Part shown: in pieces, positions 1 through 12,405 of the stretch
How positions within the stretch are numbered: position 1 is the stretch's first letter
How the letters are laid out: each line of letters starts with the position of its first letter
Source: Pristiophorus japonicus
Taxonomy: Eukaryota
Reading direction: 5' to 3'
NCBI RefSeq assembly: GCF_044704955.1
Contig: NC_091985.1
Span: 120,218,001 to 120,282,000 of the forward strand
DNA length: 64,000 nt
Notes under the pieces: model-generated
Databases searched by the model: none
The model's input: the letters and a program-made list of their open reading frames with translations, nothing else
Told to the model about the DNA's origin: nothing
Position numbers and translations under genes: made by a program

Positions 1-147
1 TCAAGAGGGAGTTAGATATGGCCCTTACGGCTAAAGGGATCAAGGGATATGGAGAGAAAGCAGGAAAGGGGTACTGACGGAATGATCGGCCATGATCTTA
101 TTGAATGGTGGTGCAGGCTCGAAGGGCCTATTCCTGCATCTATTTTT
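1..147 (+). mobile_element. CR1 LINE 3' end (runs off the window start)
   Basis: Matches the CR1 3' ends at 24600-24798 and 54023-54167 (aagggatatggagagaaagcagg...gccatgatcttattgaatgg...ggctcgaagggcc). Confidence 0.85.
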
Positions 148-575
148 CTATAAGACTTTCATCTCCGGAATCAACCACATGAACTTTCTCTGAACTGCCT
201 TCAATGCAAGTATATCCCTCCTTAAATAAGGAGACCAAAACTGTACGCAGTACTCCAGGTGTGGCCTCACCAATACCCTGTACAGTTGTAGGACTTCCCT
301 ACTTTTATACTTCATCCCCCTTGCAATAAAGGCCAACATTCCATTTGTCTTCCTAATTACTTGCTGTACCTGCATGCTAACTTTGTGTTTCATGTACAAG
401 GACCCCCAGAGTCCTCTGTACCTCAGCATTTTATAATCTCTCCTCATTTAAATAATAATTTGCTTTTTTATTTTTCCTACCAAAGTGGATAACCCCACAT
501 TATACTCCATCTACCAAATTTTTGCCCACTCACTTAGCCTATCTATGTCCCTTTGCAGATGCTTTGCGTCCTCCT
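148..575 (-). mobile_element. CR1 LINE ORF2 (RT C-terminal) fragment
   Basis: ORF 148-447 contains LYRVLVRPHLEYCVQFWSPYLRRDI, a hallmark CR1 ORF2 motif. Confidence 0.9.
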
Positions 576-999
576 CGGCCTGTCTGTGCTGTAAATTCGA
601 TGTAATTTTATGTAAGTACCAAGAAAATCATACTCATTTTCAAAAAGTGTTCTGAGTGATTTACTTATAAATGGTTGAATTAATGAATCTGAATGACTAT
701 TACAAATTTGCAAATTAACTAATAAACTGTAACAACTGGAAAGTGCGAAAACTATATGCAAGATGTACTTTTTTGTTTTAATATTACTGGTTGAAATCCC
801 ATGGCTTTGCCCATGGGAAACAAGTGGCTATCTTGTTTGGGAGACAGTGTCTGGTTTTGTAAGGATTTAGGAAGGGTGTAGGAGCAGTTAATGGGGCAGT
901 TGTGAAGAGTTTGGGAAGAGTAGTGAGTGATTGGGGGAGGAGAGTAGCAGTGTTTTGGGATTTAGTGGTTATTTTGTTTTTTTGGGGGGGGGGGGCATT

Positions 1000-1185
1000 A
1001 GTCACATCCTTGTGAATATATACTGCACCATTTTCTTTGTTTTTAAAGCCTTCCTGTAATGGAGGTGCCCAGAACTAGGCAGTTTAAGGTCTTGTACAAG
1101 TTCACAGTCTCCTTGTTTTAATAATGATGTGGAATGAAGTAATAAGGGTTTCAATTTACAACCCCATGGTGTCCCGCCATTTGAA
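1000..1185 (-). mobile_element. Highly degraded CR1 fragment
   Basis: Residual HYRK...FTRM translation in ORF 1002-1223. Confidence 0.4.
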
Positions 1186-1229
1186 GATTTCCTTCTGAAT
1201 AAGTTTTCCAACTCACCATCCACAACATT

Positions 1230-4111
1230 TTGAACATCAATGTTCCTTTCATTTTATTGTCAGCTGATCTGCCAAGGTACATATTTAAGATATGACAAAT
1301 GTAGAAGAATTATGTCCTGGTCAGGCCATTATTGTGTAGTTTTGATATGATGTATTCATATTTACATAGTACATTTGAAAAGCAAGGGCTACATCATGAT
1401 CATACATATTAGAAACAATAAAAAAAATAGAAGTTAAGAACTAAAATGTACATCATACACGATATATCTTTTTTTTTTACACAGAGGTAAAAATGCTTAT
1501 TGTAAAAAAAACTAATAATCAATACAACAGGGTTTTTAGTATACAAGAAAGATAGTGGAGGCACTTTCTTTTAATCCTTTAAGGTGTGCATTGGCTGTAG
1601 ACTGTGCACCAACAACAGCTTTTGGTTAACTTTCTTACCACAGATACAAAAATAAACTTGATTTGTTCCCCCCCCCCCACCCCCCCACCCAGACAATTGT
1701 CTTTTGTATTGCAAAGTTGATTGGGAGGAACACCGCCACTGTTCAACATCAGTGTGGCTGACAGATGAGAACTATGTACAAAAACACATCGAGCTCGGCT
1801 CCCTTAGACTGCTCACCTCATTTTACAAATTTACAGTCTGTGTATGTGTGGCAAGAACTGCCTATAAAAACATGTTAAACTGGACAGACCTTGTTGCGTG
1901 CCTTTATGGAGACAGATTAAGAGGCACCTTACCCATGTTATACCAGTGAGCCACTGGACCACTGCAAGGTCTCCAGAAAGATTAGTGTTGATTTAAGCCC
2001 ATATTTGTGCTTTGTATTCCAATGTAGTTGAGACCTCACAGTGATCTCAACAGAAGTGAAATCACAATTTGAAAATCTCCTGTGTGCATACACTGCTTGG
2101 CTAATGTTCCTTTTGCATTAGGAGATATATCCAGCTGTGATTTAGGGCCACCATTGTAATGCTTTTTACACCGTGGTGTTGGTGGATTAATGCCCAGTTA
2201 ATTTGATACATTTCATTTGCATCATGTATTGAAATCGAACATCAGTTAAATTTATTTTTAAAAAAACCTGCGTGTTGCATATGTATTGGAAGTCTTCAAT
2301 TATTAAAAAATGCAGATGCAGCGTGCGTGGTGGATAGCAATGACTAACGCTCTCACTAAGCAGGTTTGTTTCTGCTTGATCAGAGCAGGAAAACCCAATG
2401 TGCAGCAGCTCTCGCATTTATTGGCAAGGAAGCTGTGTTTTCGTTTAAGACTGATGTTAGTGTGCAATGGAGGAAGGGTGAGGGTAAGGACTGGCAATTA
2501 ACCGTGCACAGGATAGTGCGGAAGAGTTGTCAGTTCCAACAGACCGGTTCCCTAGCTGCCTTAAAATAAAAGGATCGGATTGTACTATGCCGCTGAGCTA
2601 AAACTGCTGCTTTTCAAATAAATAAAACATGGCTATTCCCTGTGCTGTGTTACAAAAATATTCTTTCAAAGCATAAGCCTTCTACTAGAGGGTTTGTCCA
2701 CTCCCTCTATTGACCTGAGCTATTACGATTTTGAAGGAAACGCCCCCCCCCCCCCCCCCAACGTGAAGTTTATAGCCAGTGCGACCATAAGCTACACATT
2801 GGTAAGGCCTCAATAATCCTTATTTTCTAGGACACTTTGTGCTTTAAAAAAAAAAGTTAACTTGGATCTGCTGAAATTGACTCACCATTTTCTCCCTACA
2901 AATTCTGCGAGACTGCGGAACGTGGAATTCCAGTCTCATGCACAATTCATACAGTACAGTTGGCTTAGGCCAGGCCAGGCCTGGTTTACATCCAAATCAA
3001 TTCCATGACCTAAGCTATGGCAAAGGCTGAGCAGTCTGTGGTAACTGCTCCCTGTGGTTCGCTGCAGAGCAAAGACTGAGAAAGGCAGAGGTCAGCAAAC
3101 TAGGTTTGTGAAACCAGACAGCCAGAATATCAAGGGCTACCAGAATGCAAGGACCCCAAACTTCAGTCACCGTTAAATGTAGTGAATTAATGTTGTGCTC
3201 TCTGATTGCACTGGATACATTGCTGTGTAAATGAGAGAGAGACCAGGCAGTCAGGTAGCTTGATTATATAGTGTAATCAGATAGCAAACTTTAGTGTATT
3301 GACAATTTAAAATGAGAACTCTATTCAAGGAACCCAAATAACTAGAAAAGCATTTCTACTGTATTTAAAAAAAAAAATCATGTTTTTAAATTAAAACCAA
3401 TTTTAATGTTCACTTTTAAAAGATCATGGGGCAAGTGTTATACCTTTTAAGACTCAATAACTGCTTTAGAGATCCGAGGTTAGCCAGAACCAAGTGCATT
3501 ATTTTATAACTACGCTTAAGAGGGCGATACCCACTGTTAGAAATTAAGTAAATAAGTGTTGACGTGTGTTTGCTGAAAAGAAATGAGGTGCAATTAACAA
3601 ACAGCATTATTTTGGCTTCATACAGTAATGGCAATACTGTGTTGTGGTACACGTTTACTCGCACACTTTTTAAAAAGGTAATATATGATACAGGTTAAGT
3701 GTCTCAGTTGATCAAGCAGGAACCATTTACGCCAATTTCCTCGTTTAGTGCTACATCCTGTTGGCAAGCTAGGACATGCCACCTTGGCACAGTGTAGCCA
3801 TCCAATATCCCCCCCTTCCACATGGCATCTCCAAACCACCACACACATTCAGTTCTCAACCTCTTAAATTTAAAAAAATTATAAACAAGTGTGAGACATT
3901 CTTCTTATATATTCATTCATAGAAAAGTCTAGTTGTTATTGTTAGTTCCATTTAATGTTTGAAGAATGGGTACAGCCTTGGTGCTTCTTGACCTTACAGG
4001 CTCCTAGTTTGATAGATAAGTAATATTCCAGACTGGAAGTAACTGCATCGAACTGTGGTCAAAATGCTCCAGACCAAAATGTGCTTTTTGAAGAATATGA
4101 AAAGACACAAG
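1230..4111 (-). other. SPRED2: Probable SPRED2 3' UTR (~2.9 kb)
   Basis: AT-rich stretch with no recognisable TE, between the stop codon and the poly(A) signal. An alternative AATAAA lies at 2251-2256. Confidence 0.6.
1253..1258 (-). promoter_or_regulatory. SPRED2: Candidate SPRED2 polyadenylation signal (AATAAA)
   Basis: Plus-strand TTTATT. On the minus strand it is followed about 20 nt later by a CA and a GU-rich tract (tgttgtggatggtgagttgg). It sits where the repeat-free stretch ends. Confidence 0.6.
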
Positions 4112-4762
4112 TCACCCAACCGCTTTGTGTTTTCCACCGCAACACCTGCACATCACCCCGCATTTGTAGCATGCTCGGAGGGGCAGGTAACAACACATAC
4201 AGGGGGCGAGGAACGATAAGGCTATCAAGGCCAGCCAACGAAGGCAGAACTTCTCATCGTTGGTGTCGCAAGAACATGGGTCCGAATAGTCGCCCTCGGG
4301 ATCAGACATGCAATGATAGAGCATGCTGTCCGCACACCACATACAGCTCACTCGACGGATACAGGTCCGAATGGGATCTGGGGCATCCTGACACTGTCCC
4401 CTTCCGTTTTCCTCGTGATTAAACATGTCCCGGCAGTACACACATCGTGATCTTTCCCCATCGTCTATCCTTCGGCGTAGTTTGGATTTCGAAGGCATAG
4501 GTTGAGTCTTCACGACACCACTTTTCAAATCTTTAGAGAGTCCAAATTCAGAGTTCTCTACATAAGGATAATTGTAATCGTGCTTCGAGGCATCGCTCTT
4601 GTCAAAATGCACATAGGAATCCATGTCACCGTGGTCATTGTATTTAGGACGCACTGCTGCATACCTGTAGTCCTCGTATCTCTCCCTTAACCACGCTTTT
4701 TCTCGAGGGTTAATGCGGACAATTTCTTCGTCGTCGTCGCGAAAACTAACATGACGTTGCTT
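4112..4762 (-). CDS. SPRED2: SPRED2 last coding exon (c-Kit-binding region and Cys-rich Sprouty domain)
   Basis: Acceptor ...ctatacag| then [34 protein letters not shown]...[18 protein letters not shown]...[22 protein letters not shown]...[26 protein letters not shown]...[10 protein letters not shown]. The exon is 651 nt and in frame with ORF 4112-4654. CMWCADSM and KHDYNYPYV point to SPRED2 rather than SPRED1. Confidence 0.97.
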   Translation of the reverse strand, partial: KQRHVSFRDDDEEIVRINPREKAWLRERYEDYRYAAVRPKYNDHGDMDSYVHFDKSDASKHDYNYPYVENSEFGLSKDLKSGVVKTQPMPSKSKLRRRIDDGERSRCVYCRDMFNHEENGRGQCQDAPDPIRTCIRRVSCMWCADSMLYHCMSDPEGDYSDPCSCDTNDEKFCLRWLALIALSFLAPCMCCYLPLRACYKCGVMCRCCGGKHKAVG

Positions 4763-5198
4763 CTGTATAGATTAAAATAAAATAAAAAACTCGTTAATAC
4801 TTTTTTCCTAAGTTTTCTTTTTGCCACGAAAAGGGTTAAAATTCAGACTACAGAAACAAACTGTTTCAATATATTAAGTTAATAGCATTATATAAATATT
4901 CAATGAGTTAGAATGATGAATAGCCTTTTTCTCCTAATTGTTGTTTCTAATGCACTTGAAGTTGCCTAGGTCTGATGCTTGTGGATCAATACAACATATT
5001 TCTTCATGGAGAGAAGTTAAGGATGGCACTTGGCCAGTCGAATTGTTGGATGCATATGGCTGCGCTACAGGCAGAATTAACTCCCGTATACATGTAACTG
5101 ACCATTTACTGAGAGAAAGATAGAGAGTGCACTTTCCCCTTATGCATAAAATCCATCACATTTGCAGTTTAGAAATTTGTAGTGAATAAAGTCCCAGG

Positions 5199-5370
5199 CA
5201 ATGTTCCCTCTAAGCTGCGCGTGTGTAGTCGTGCAGTATTCTGTAAGGTACTGCACAGGCTGCTCACACGCTTTTCCATTTGAAATACCGCACTTGTGCA
5301 GAAATTTAAAGGGACGGTGCATTGAAATAAACAGGCCACGCAGAAAAAACATAATTTAGAGGGAACTTTG
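5199..5370. mobile_element. hAT-type MITE
   Basis: 15-bp TIRs caatgttccctctaa / ttagagggaactttg (1 mismatch). The 8-bp flanks gtcccagg and gtcctaag match at 6 of 8 positions. Confidence 0.75.
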
Positions 5371-5974
5371 GTCCTAAGCAGCATTTACCAAAGTTAAATA
5401 AATAGATAAAGAATCCAAACTTTTACGTCAACCTTGTTTATAATGAATTGAAACTAATCATTGGCGATAAATTTATAATGGAAACCTGTGACAGAGACTG
5501 TAGGTCCCGCATTGCACTCATCAGTCACCTGAGAACTCATATTAGTGAAGAAGCAAGTTATCCTCGACTCCGAGGGACTGCTTAAGAAGAGAAGAGTTGA
5601 TGAAACTTCAGTGCATGTTTTCAAGGGGGAAAAGCACAACTGATGAACTAAACCACCCACACCACACAATGTTCATTTTCACAACAAGACAAACATATCC
5701 ACTCCTTTCCATTCTAGCTTATGTGGACCACATTAAAACAAAGTTAAACTTAGTACAGTACATGTTTTTAAAAAAAAAGGCACCAAAAATGTGCTTCTAA
5801 TACAAGTTTAGTGCATGCTTTAAAAAAAGCAGAGCATAATGAATTATTACATTTAATTTTAATACACAGTTTGATAGGTTCGCTAATTTTATAGGAATGC
5901 CTTTTCCCTGTGGCCGAGGAGCGCCTCCTGGAGTCACAGTGCGGATTTCGTCCCTTACGGGGCATAACGGACAT

Positions 5975-6961
5975 GAGATTATTGAGAGTAAACTTTGGCT
6001 TTCAGGTTCCCGAACCTCCCAAATTGGCTGCAAGTCTCCAGGAATAAGTTTGACTTATATCATTAGTCATACCTCCTCATTTATTCAACTTCCAGATTCT
6101 AGTATACCAAGATAGTACAGAATCCTCCAGTGGGATTCCACGGTACCTAAATATTCAGCTCAATTTGCCATTGTGAACAATAGGTTTAAGACAGTTCTTT
6201 GCAAAAACATCTAAGTTATGCCGCTTTATACATTAAGTTTTAAAAATCAAGAAATCGAGATTGAAAAGGGGAACTCAATTAGAAAGTAGCTTGAACTGTA
6301 TAAAGCACTAGTTAGGCCACAGCTAGAGTACTTCGTGCAGTTCTGGTCACCACATTACAGGAAAGATGTGATTAGACTAGAGAAGGTCAAGAGGAGATTT
6401 ACGAGGATGTTGCCTGGACTGGAGAATTTTAGCTGTGAGGAAAGATTGGATAGGCTGGGTTTGATTTCTTTGGAACAGAGAAGGCTGAGGGGAGACATTA
6501 TTGAGATGTATAAAATTATGAGGGTCCTGGAGAGAGTGGATAGGAGGGACCTATTTGCTTTAGCAGAGAGGCCAACAACCAGGGGGCATGGATTAAAAGT
6601 AATTGGTAGGAGGTTTAGAGGGGGTTTGAGGGGAAATTTCTTCACCCAGAGGGTGGTGGGGGTCTGGAACTCACTGCCTGAAAGGGCGGTGGAGGCAGAA
6701 ACTCTCAACACATTTAAAAAGTACTTGGATGTGCACTTGAAGTGCAGTAACCTACAGGGCTACGGACCAAGAGCTGGAAAGTGGGATTAGGCCGGATAGC
6801 GTGGACACGATGGGCTGAAATGACCTCCTTCCGTACAGTAAATTTCTAGGATTCTAAGCTAGTGAGTAAGTGATGTCAAACGTTTGGTAGAGATTATTGA
6901 GAGTAAACTTTGGCTTTCAGGTTCCCAAACCTCCCAAATTTGCTGCAAGTCTCCAGGAATA
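5975..6961. repeat. 72-bp direct repeat pair (5975-6046 and 6890-6961)
   Basis: gagattattgagagtaaactttggctttcaggttccc...gtctccaggaata occurs twice with 2 mismatches. Confidence 0.9.
6290..6856 (+). mobile_element. 5'-truncated CR1 LINE
   Basis: ORF 6335-6790 QFWSPHYRKD...FFTQRVVGVWNSLP, followed by a CR1 3' UTR. Confidence 0.92.
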
Positions 6962-7319
6962 TGTCCAAACACAGTTGGCAACCCTATTTGGCATGGTGTC
7001 CACAAGGTGGTCATGTCACAATTAGAATGAGCTGCAAGTTCTCCTGATGTTTCTGCACAGAAGGAGCTATGTTCCACACCAGAGCAAAAACAGCGTCCAT
7101 TAGGTGAAGACTTGTCATTGCTTTAATCACTCCATCTGTTCTGGTGTCATGCGGCGACAGTAAAGCTTCAGAATCCAGACTTTAAGGGGTTTGTGATGAG
7201 TGCTCGAAAAAGTTATGAGCATCTTGCACGGAATACTCTTCAAAATACACTATACCAAACCCTTGTACTACCTGGAGGTATAGTTTCCTGCTTTCAGGAA
7301 ACAAAGACCAGTTAGCCTG

Positions 7320-8705
7320 ACATCTGTTGTTGGGAAAATGTAGGAGTCCATTATTAAAGAAGCAGTAGCAGGACATTTGGAAAAGCAAAATTCGGTCAGG
7401 CAGAGTCAGCATGGATTTATGAAGGGGTAGTCATGTTTGACAAATTTGCTGGCATTCTTTGAGGATGTAACGTTCAGGATGGATAAAGGAGAACCAGTGG
7501 ATGTGGTGTATTTGGACTTCCAGAAGACATTTGACAAGGTGTCACATAAAAGGTTACTGCACAATATAAAAGTTCACAGGGTTGGGGGTAATATATTAGC
7601 ATGGATAGAGGATTGGCTAACAAACAGAAAACAGAGAGTGGGATAAATGATTTATTGTCAGGTTGGTAATTAGTAACTGGTGGGGAGCCGCAGGGATCAG
7701 TGCTGAGACCCCAACTATTTACAATCTATATTAACGATTTGGATGAAGGGACCGAGTGTAACGTAGCCAAGTTTGCTGATGATACAAAGATGGGGGGAAA
7801 AGCAATGTGTGAGGAGGACACAAAAATCCTGCAAAAGGACATAGACAGTCTAAGTGAGTGGGCAAAAATTTGGCAGATGGAGTATAATGTTGGAAACTGC
7901 ACTTTGGCAGAAAAATAATCAAAGAGTAAGTTATTATTTAAATGGAGAAAGATTGCAAAGTGCTGCAGTACAGCACGACCCGAGAGTCCTGGTGCATGAA
8001 ACATAAAAGGTTAGTATGCAGGTACAGCAAGTGATCAGGAAGGCCAATGGAATCTTGGCCTTTATTGCAAAGGGGATGGAGTATAAAAGCAGAGAAGTCC
8101 TGCTACAACTGTACAGGGGGTTATTGGTGAGGTTACACCTGGAATACTGCATGCAGTTTTGGTTTCCATATTTAAGAAAGGATATACTTGCTTTGGAGGC
8201 AGTTCAGAGAATGTTCACTCGGTTGATTCCAGAGATGAGGGGGTTGACTTATGAGGAAAGGTTGAGTAGGTTGGGCCTCTACTCACTGGAATTCAGAAGA
8301 ATGAGAGGTAATCTTATCGAAACGTATAAGATTATGAGGGGGCTTGACAAGGTGGATGCAGAGAGGATGTTTCCACCAATGGGGGAGACTAGAACTAGAG
8401 GGCATGATCTTAGAATAAGGAGCTACCCATTTGAAACTGAGATGAGAAGGAATTTCTTCTCTGAGGGTTGTAAATCTGTGGAATTCGCTGCCTCAGAGAG
8501 CTGTGGAAGCTGGGACATTGAATAAATTTAAGACAGAGAGAGACAGTTTCTGAACCGATAAGGGAATAAAGGGTTGTGGAGAGTGGGCAGGGAAGTGGAC
8601 CCGACCCGAGTTCATAATTGGATCAGCCATGATCGTATTAAGTGGCAGAGCAGGCTCGAGGAGCCGTATGGCCTACTCCTGCTCTTATTTCTTATGTTCT
8701 TATGT
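7320..8705 (+). mobile_element. CR1 LINE, disrupted RT plus 3' end
   Basis: VVYLDFQKTFDKV, FTIYINDL, KFADDTK and HLEYC motifs. Tail is cttatgttcttatg. Confidence 0.93.
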
Positions 8706-9444
8706 AAGAACAGGAACTCAACATTTTCATGTTTGGTAAAAATGCAAGCCTTGGCGGGGACAGTACCCGAGGAGAGGGAACCATTTACAATGTCAGCTAG
8801 ATTTAGGGCCAGGAAGAGAAGTTAAGTGGTCAGTATGTTAGGGGGGGAAATGGGGCCGAGGGAGCAGTTGTCACGTTTGATGGACGAGGTGTGCTTGGAG
8901 AGCATGGGACAGAAACTAGAGAAAGAGGGCTGTTCAGGGCTGGGTAGGGACGGATAGAGGGAAATGAGAAAGTACGGGGCAGCTGAAAATGTGGTCTGTA
9001 TCTTGATGACCAAGATATCCCCGAAATCTTCATTCATAATTTAACCAAATCAAGTCTGTATATATCTGAATCGGTGTGTTTACCTCATTATCATGCAATG
9101 AAGTTCGCAACATACATAACAATACAGGCTGAAGCTAGTGTCTTTATAAACTCTTGGGTATCATGCCTGCTTTAAAGCGACAAAGAAACAGACCAAAGCA
9201 ATATCAAACTGCTTCATAACTATCACAACCGTTATAATTTGAGATGATGTTTTCTTTCCTCAAGTCTGGGTTTCATTCAAACCTAATGGCCAAAAGCCCA
9301 TTTTCCTGACTCATTGTACCACACAAGTCACCAAATATGACAATGTTTAGCCATATAATGTGCCTGCAACAGATCAAAAACAGAGCTCAACTTCTAAATA
9401 AACCAAAAATATACATTGCCTGGTGTGACACTGAACGATGCCAA

Positions 9445-9700
9445 CCAGGAAAGTGCCAGGTTTGATCCCTGGGGCACAGTTAATTACAGTGTATGGGGAA
9501 GTAGGCACAGTCCATATGCCTGATCATTACCCACTGACCCGTTCTGGAGAGAGCAAGAGCCTAAAGTACAAGACCAGACTCAGCTCTGATGGCACTACGT
9601 TTAAATAGCCTTCAGAAATTCCCAGCATGGGTTTATGCATGAACAGCAGCCATTTGGGCACGGTACCAGAGAGCTAGGGGCATCATGGAACCAGGCCCAA
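9445..9700 (+). mobile_element. Degraded tRNA-type SINE
   Basis: B-box-like ggtttgatccc. Partial similarity to the minus-strand element at 37670-37940. Confidence 0.35.
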
Positions 9701-10042
9701 CTTGTGTCATCTCCTTTAGAAGGGAAATGAAGGGGAAGAAAACTGGGAAGGGAAAACAAAGCAAAACACAACACATCAGAAAGTGATTGGAAAGCTGTAA
9801 CCCAACACTGGAGTTTAGGTACTTGTCCAAACGACTTCAGTGTTGCTTTGTAATCATTCTTGCGTATAAATTATTCTCTGGGTCTTAAAGGCCTTAACTT
9901 CAAATGTTCTTGGAGAAGGTTCCAACGAATGAAATAGATCAAGGTCTTTGAGTTTCATAAACCTGTTCTTTACCAATGCTCATCTTACACAAATACAATT
10001 CACTTATAGGTTCCATATCGGATTGTACAAAACACAATCCTA

Positions 10043-10425
10043 AAACAACTTGCATTTATATAGCGCCTTTAACATAGTAAAACATCTCAAGGCACTTCAC
10101 AGGAGCGTTATAAAACAAAAATTTGACACCGAGCCAAATAAGGAGAAATTAGGGCAGGTCAAAGAGGTATGTTTTCAGGAGTGTCTTAAATGAGGAAAGA
10201 GAGGTAGAGAGGCGGAGATGTTTAGGGAGGGAATTCCAGAGATAGGGCCAGGCAGCTGAAAGCATGGCCACCAATGGTTGCGCAATTATAATCAGGGATG
10301 CTCCAGTGGCTAGAATTTGAGAATAAAGCAGATCATCCTCCAACAACAACCTGCATTTATATAGCGCCTTTAACATAGTAAAACATCCCAAGGCGCTTCA
10401 CAGGAGCACAAGACGAAAAATTTGA
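10043..10425 (-). mobile_element. Two tandem L2 LINE 3' fragments
   Basis: Tail caacttgcatttatatagcgcctttaac occurs at ~10047 and ~10347. The ORF reads LWNSLPKHLRLSTSLSSFKTLLKTYLF, an L2 ORF2 C-terminus. Confidence 0.85.
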
Positions 10426-11239
10426 TCGGCTTTATATTTGTTAATTCTTGAAGAAAGAACTGGTAATCAGATTAATCGCACAATCATACAAATTAAAACA
10501 ATGAAGACTGTATTTTTCAGATGCACGGGTTCATTGCACTGGATTTAGTTGCATGGACATTTTTTTTTTACTGTTTTAATTCCTGCTGTCAGTTCCAATA
10601 TGCATAGAAATTAACCTCATCTTCGATTCATATTTATAAAATAAATGCTCCAGAATATATTTTCTTAAACAATAAGCGTACAAGAGCATCATCATATAAA
10701 ATCTGAATATCTGGTTATCAGGAGTTTTCGGCTTAGGACTCAAATGTACACTTTTTCATTTTTCTGCTGTCACTTATTTTGGCAGAGTTAACTATTTTGC
10801 AATTTTAAGAGATTTTTTGGAAACAAATTTTGAATCCAATCAAAGCATGTATTTTATAATTATAGCTCAGTCCGCATAAATTCACAGTATTTGACAGTCC
10901 CAATTTATCAGGTCAAATTGCATTCATGTTAAGTGAATTTTTGCTATAAATTCCTGCTAAATGAACACATTGTTTTCTAAATACCCCCCGAAACCTGTGC
11001 TACATCTTTTACAAGCTACAGCAAGCTAAAAGTAATATGAAGCACATCACATTTTGGAAAGTCGAACTAAATTTAGAACTTACAGAAAATTATGAACTGG
11101 ACACAGTTAAATATTTTAAATAATTCATCTTCGGTTAGAGGAAAGTTCAGCACTTTGAATTAAAAAAAAAATCGATCTGTTTGCTGCTCAATAACCAAAA
11201 TTACACCTCCCATTATAATAGCCCTGGGGTGAGAAAAAT

Positions 11240-11570
11240 CATAGACTCTTGCAGCACAGAAGGAGGCCATTCAGCCCAATGTGCCTACATCAGCTCTTTG
11301 AAAGCTATTCAATTAGTCCCACTCCCCTGCTCGTTCCCTACATTGCAACAGTGACTATACTTCAAAAGTACTTCATCGGTTGTAAACCGTTTTGAATGCC
11401 CTGAGGTCGTTAAAGACACTACAGAAATGCAAGTCTTTCTTTCGTAGCCCTGCAAATGTTTCTGTTTCCAAGTATTTATCCAATTACCTTTTGAAAGTTA
11501 CTATTGATTCCGCTTCCACCACCCTTTCAGGCAGCGCATTCCAGATCATATCTCGCTGGTAAAAAAATTC
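11240..11570 (-). mobile_element. CR1 3' fragment interrupted by a plus-strand SINE tail (~11341-11442)
   Basis: Reverse CR1 tail cagcacagaaggaggccattcagccc. The insert ends aaatgcaagtctttcttt. Confidence 0.75.
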
Positions 11571-12255
11571 TCATCTGCCTTTATCAAAAAGATAGATGGA
11601 CTTCATGAAAATGAATGTGGCTTCTATTTTATAATTTGCATGGCACAGTATTACAGGTAAATTTTAGAGACTTTTGCACAGGCAAAGTAAAACTAGCAGA
11701 AGACCCTTATTTTGTTCCCAGTTGGCTGCCCATTTTTGTGTAAACTGAGAACTGATGCCATTATAAACCCACAAAAATCTGGGTCTAAAGACCTGCTCTT
11801 GAGTTAAGGACATCTGCTCTGGAAAATGATTACAAGAAGCCAGTCTAGCGTTCCATACTGCAGACTTTGCTACTTGTCACATTAGAAAAAAAACTGAATT
11901 ATGTGTTTATAAATCGCTGGTGAAAAAGAAGAAAACAAAAAAAAAATGAACATACCAAGATGGCATGTGGCATGACTTGAGAAAGTTTCCTACAAAAAAC
12001 CTTATTTCACATAGGAATGCCTTCTGGTGCACAATCTGTATTTTATGTGTGGTCGACAGTCTTCTCATGGTGCTTCAGACAGCAAGATTCCACCAGTCAC
12101 GCTCTCAAGACAGGTATTGTAATATTAAAGCATCATTCCGCAATCCATTTTTTTCTTACACTTAGGAATGGTTAGCACGCAAACTGCCATAGCCCTTCCA
12201 AAATAACAAGGGCTGTTACTGAACAGGTGAGTGAATGGTAGGATAGAACCCTCAC

Positions 12256-12405
12256 CTGCTCCAGAAGATAGTGGTCAGGGCTGTAATGATCGTGAGCGTG
12301 TCCCAGAGCACATAGAGGCCGGTGAGGTTCACTGATTGTAGGAGTGAGCACCCTTACAGGCTGCTCTTTCTTGTTTGAGGAGTTCGAAGAACTATCTGTT
12401 GCAGT
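12256..12405 (-). CDS. SPRED2: SPRED2 penultimate coding exon (150 nt, phase 0/0)
   Basis: ttttctttaaag|TATDSSSNSSNKKEQPVRVLTPTISEPHRPLCALGHAHDHYSPDHYLLEQ|gtgagg. Resembles the SPRED2 TATDSSSNSS exon, and its phase joins both neighbouring exons. Confidence 0.93.

Noticed and set aside
4112-4654. ORF start at 4654 as a standalone 180-aa protein
   Set aside because: The start is an internal GTG. The frame extends to the splice acceptor at 4762.
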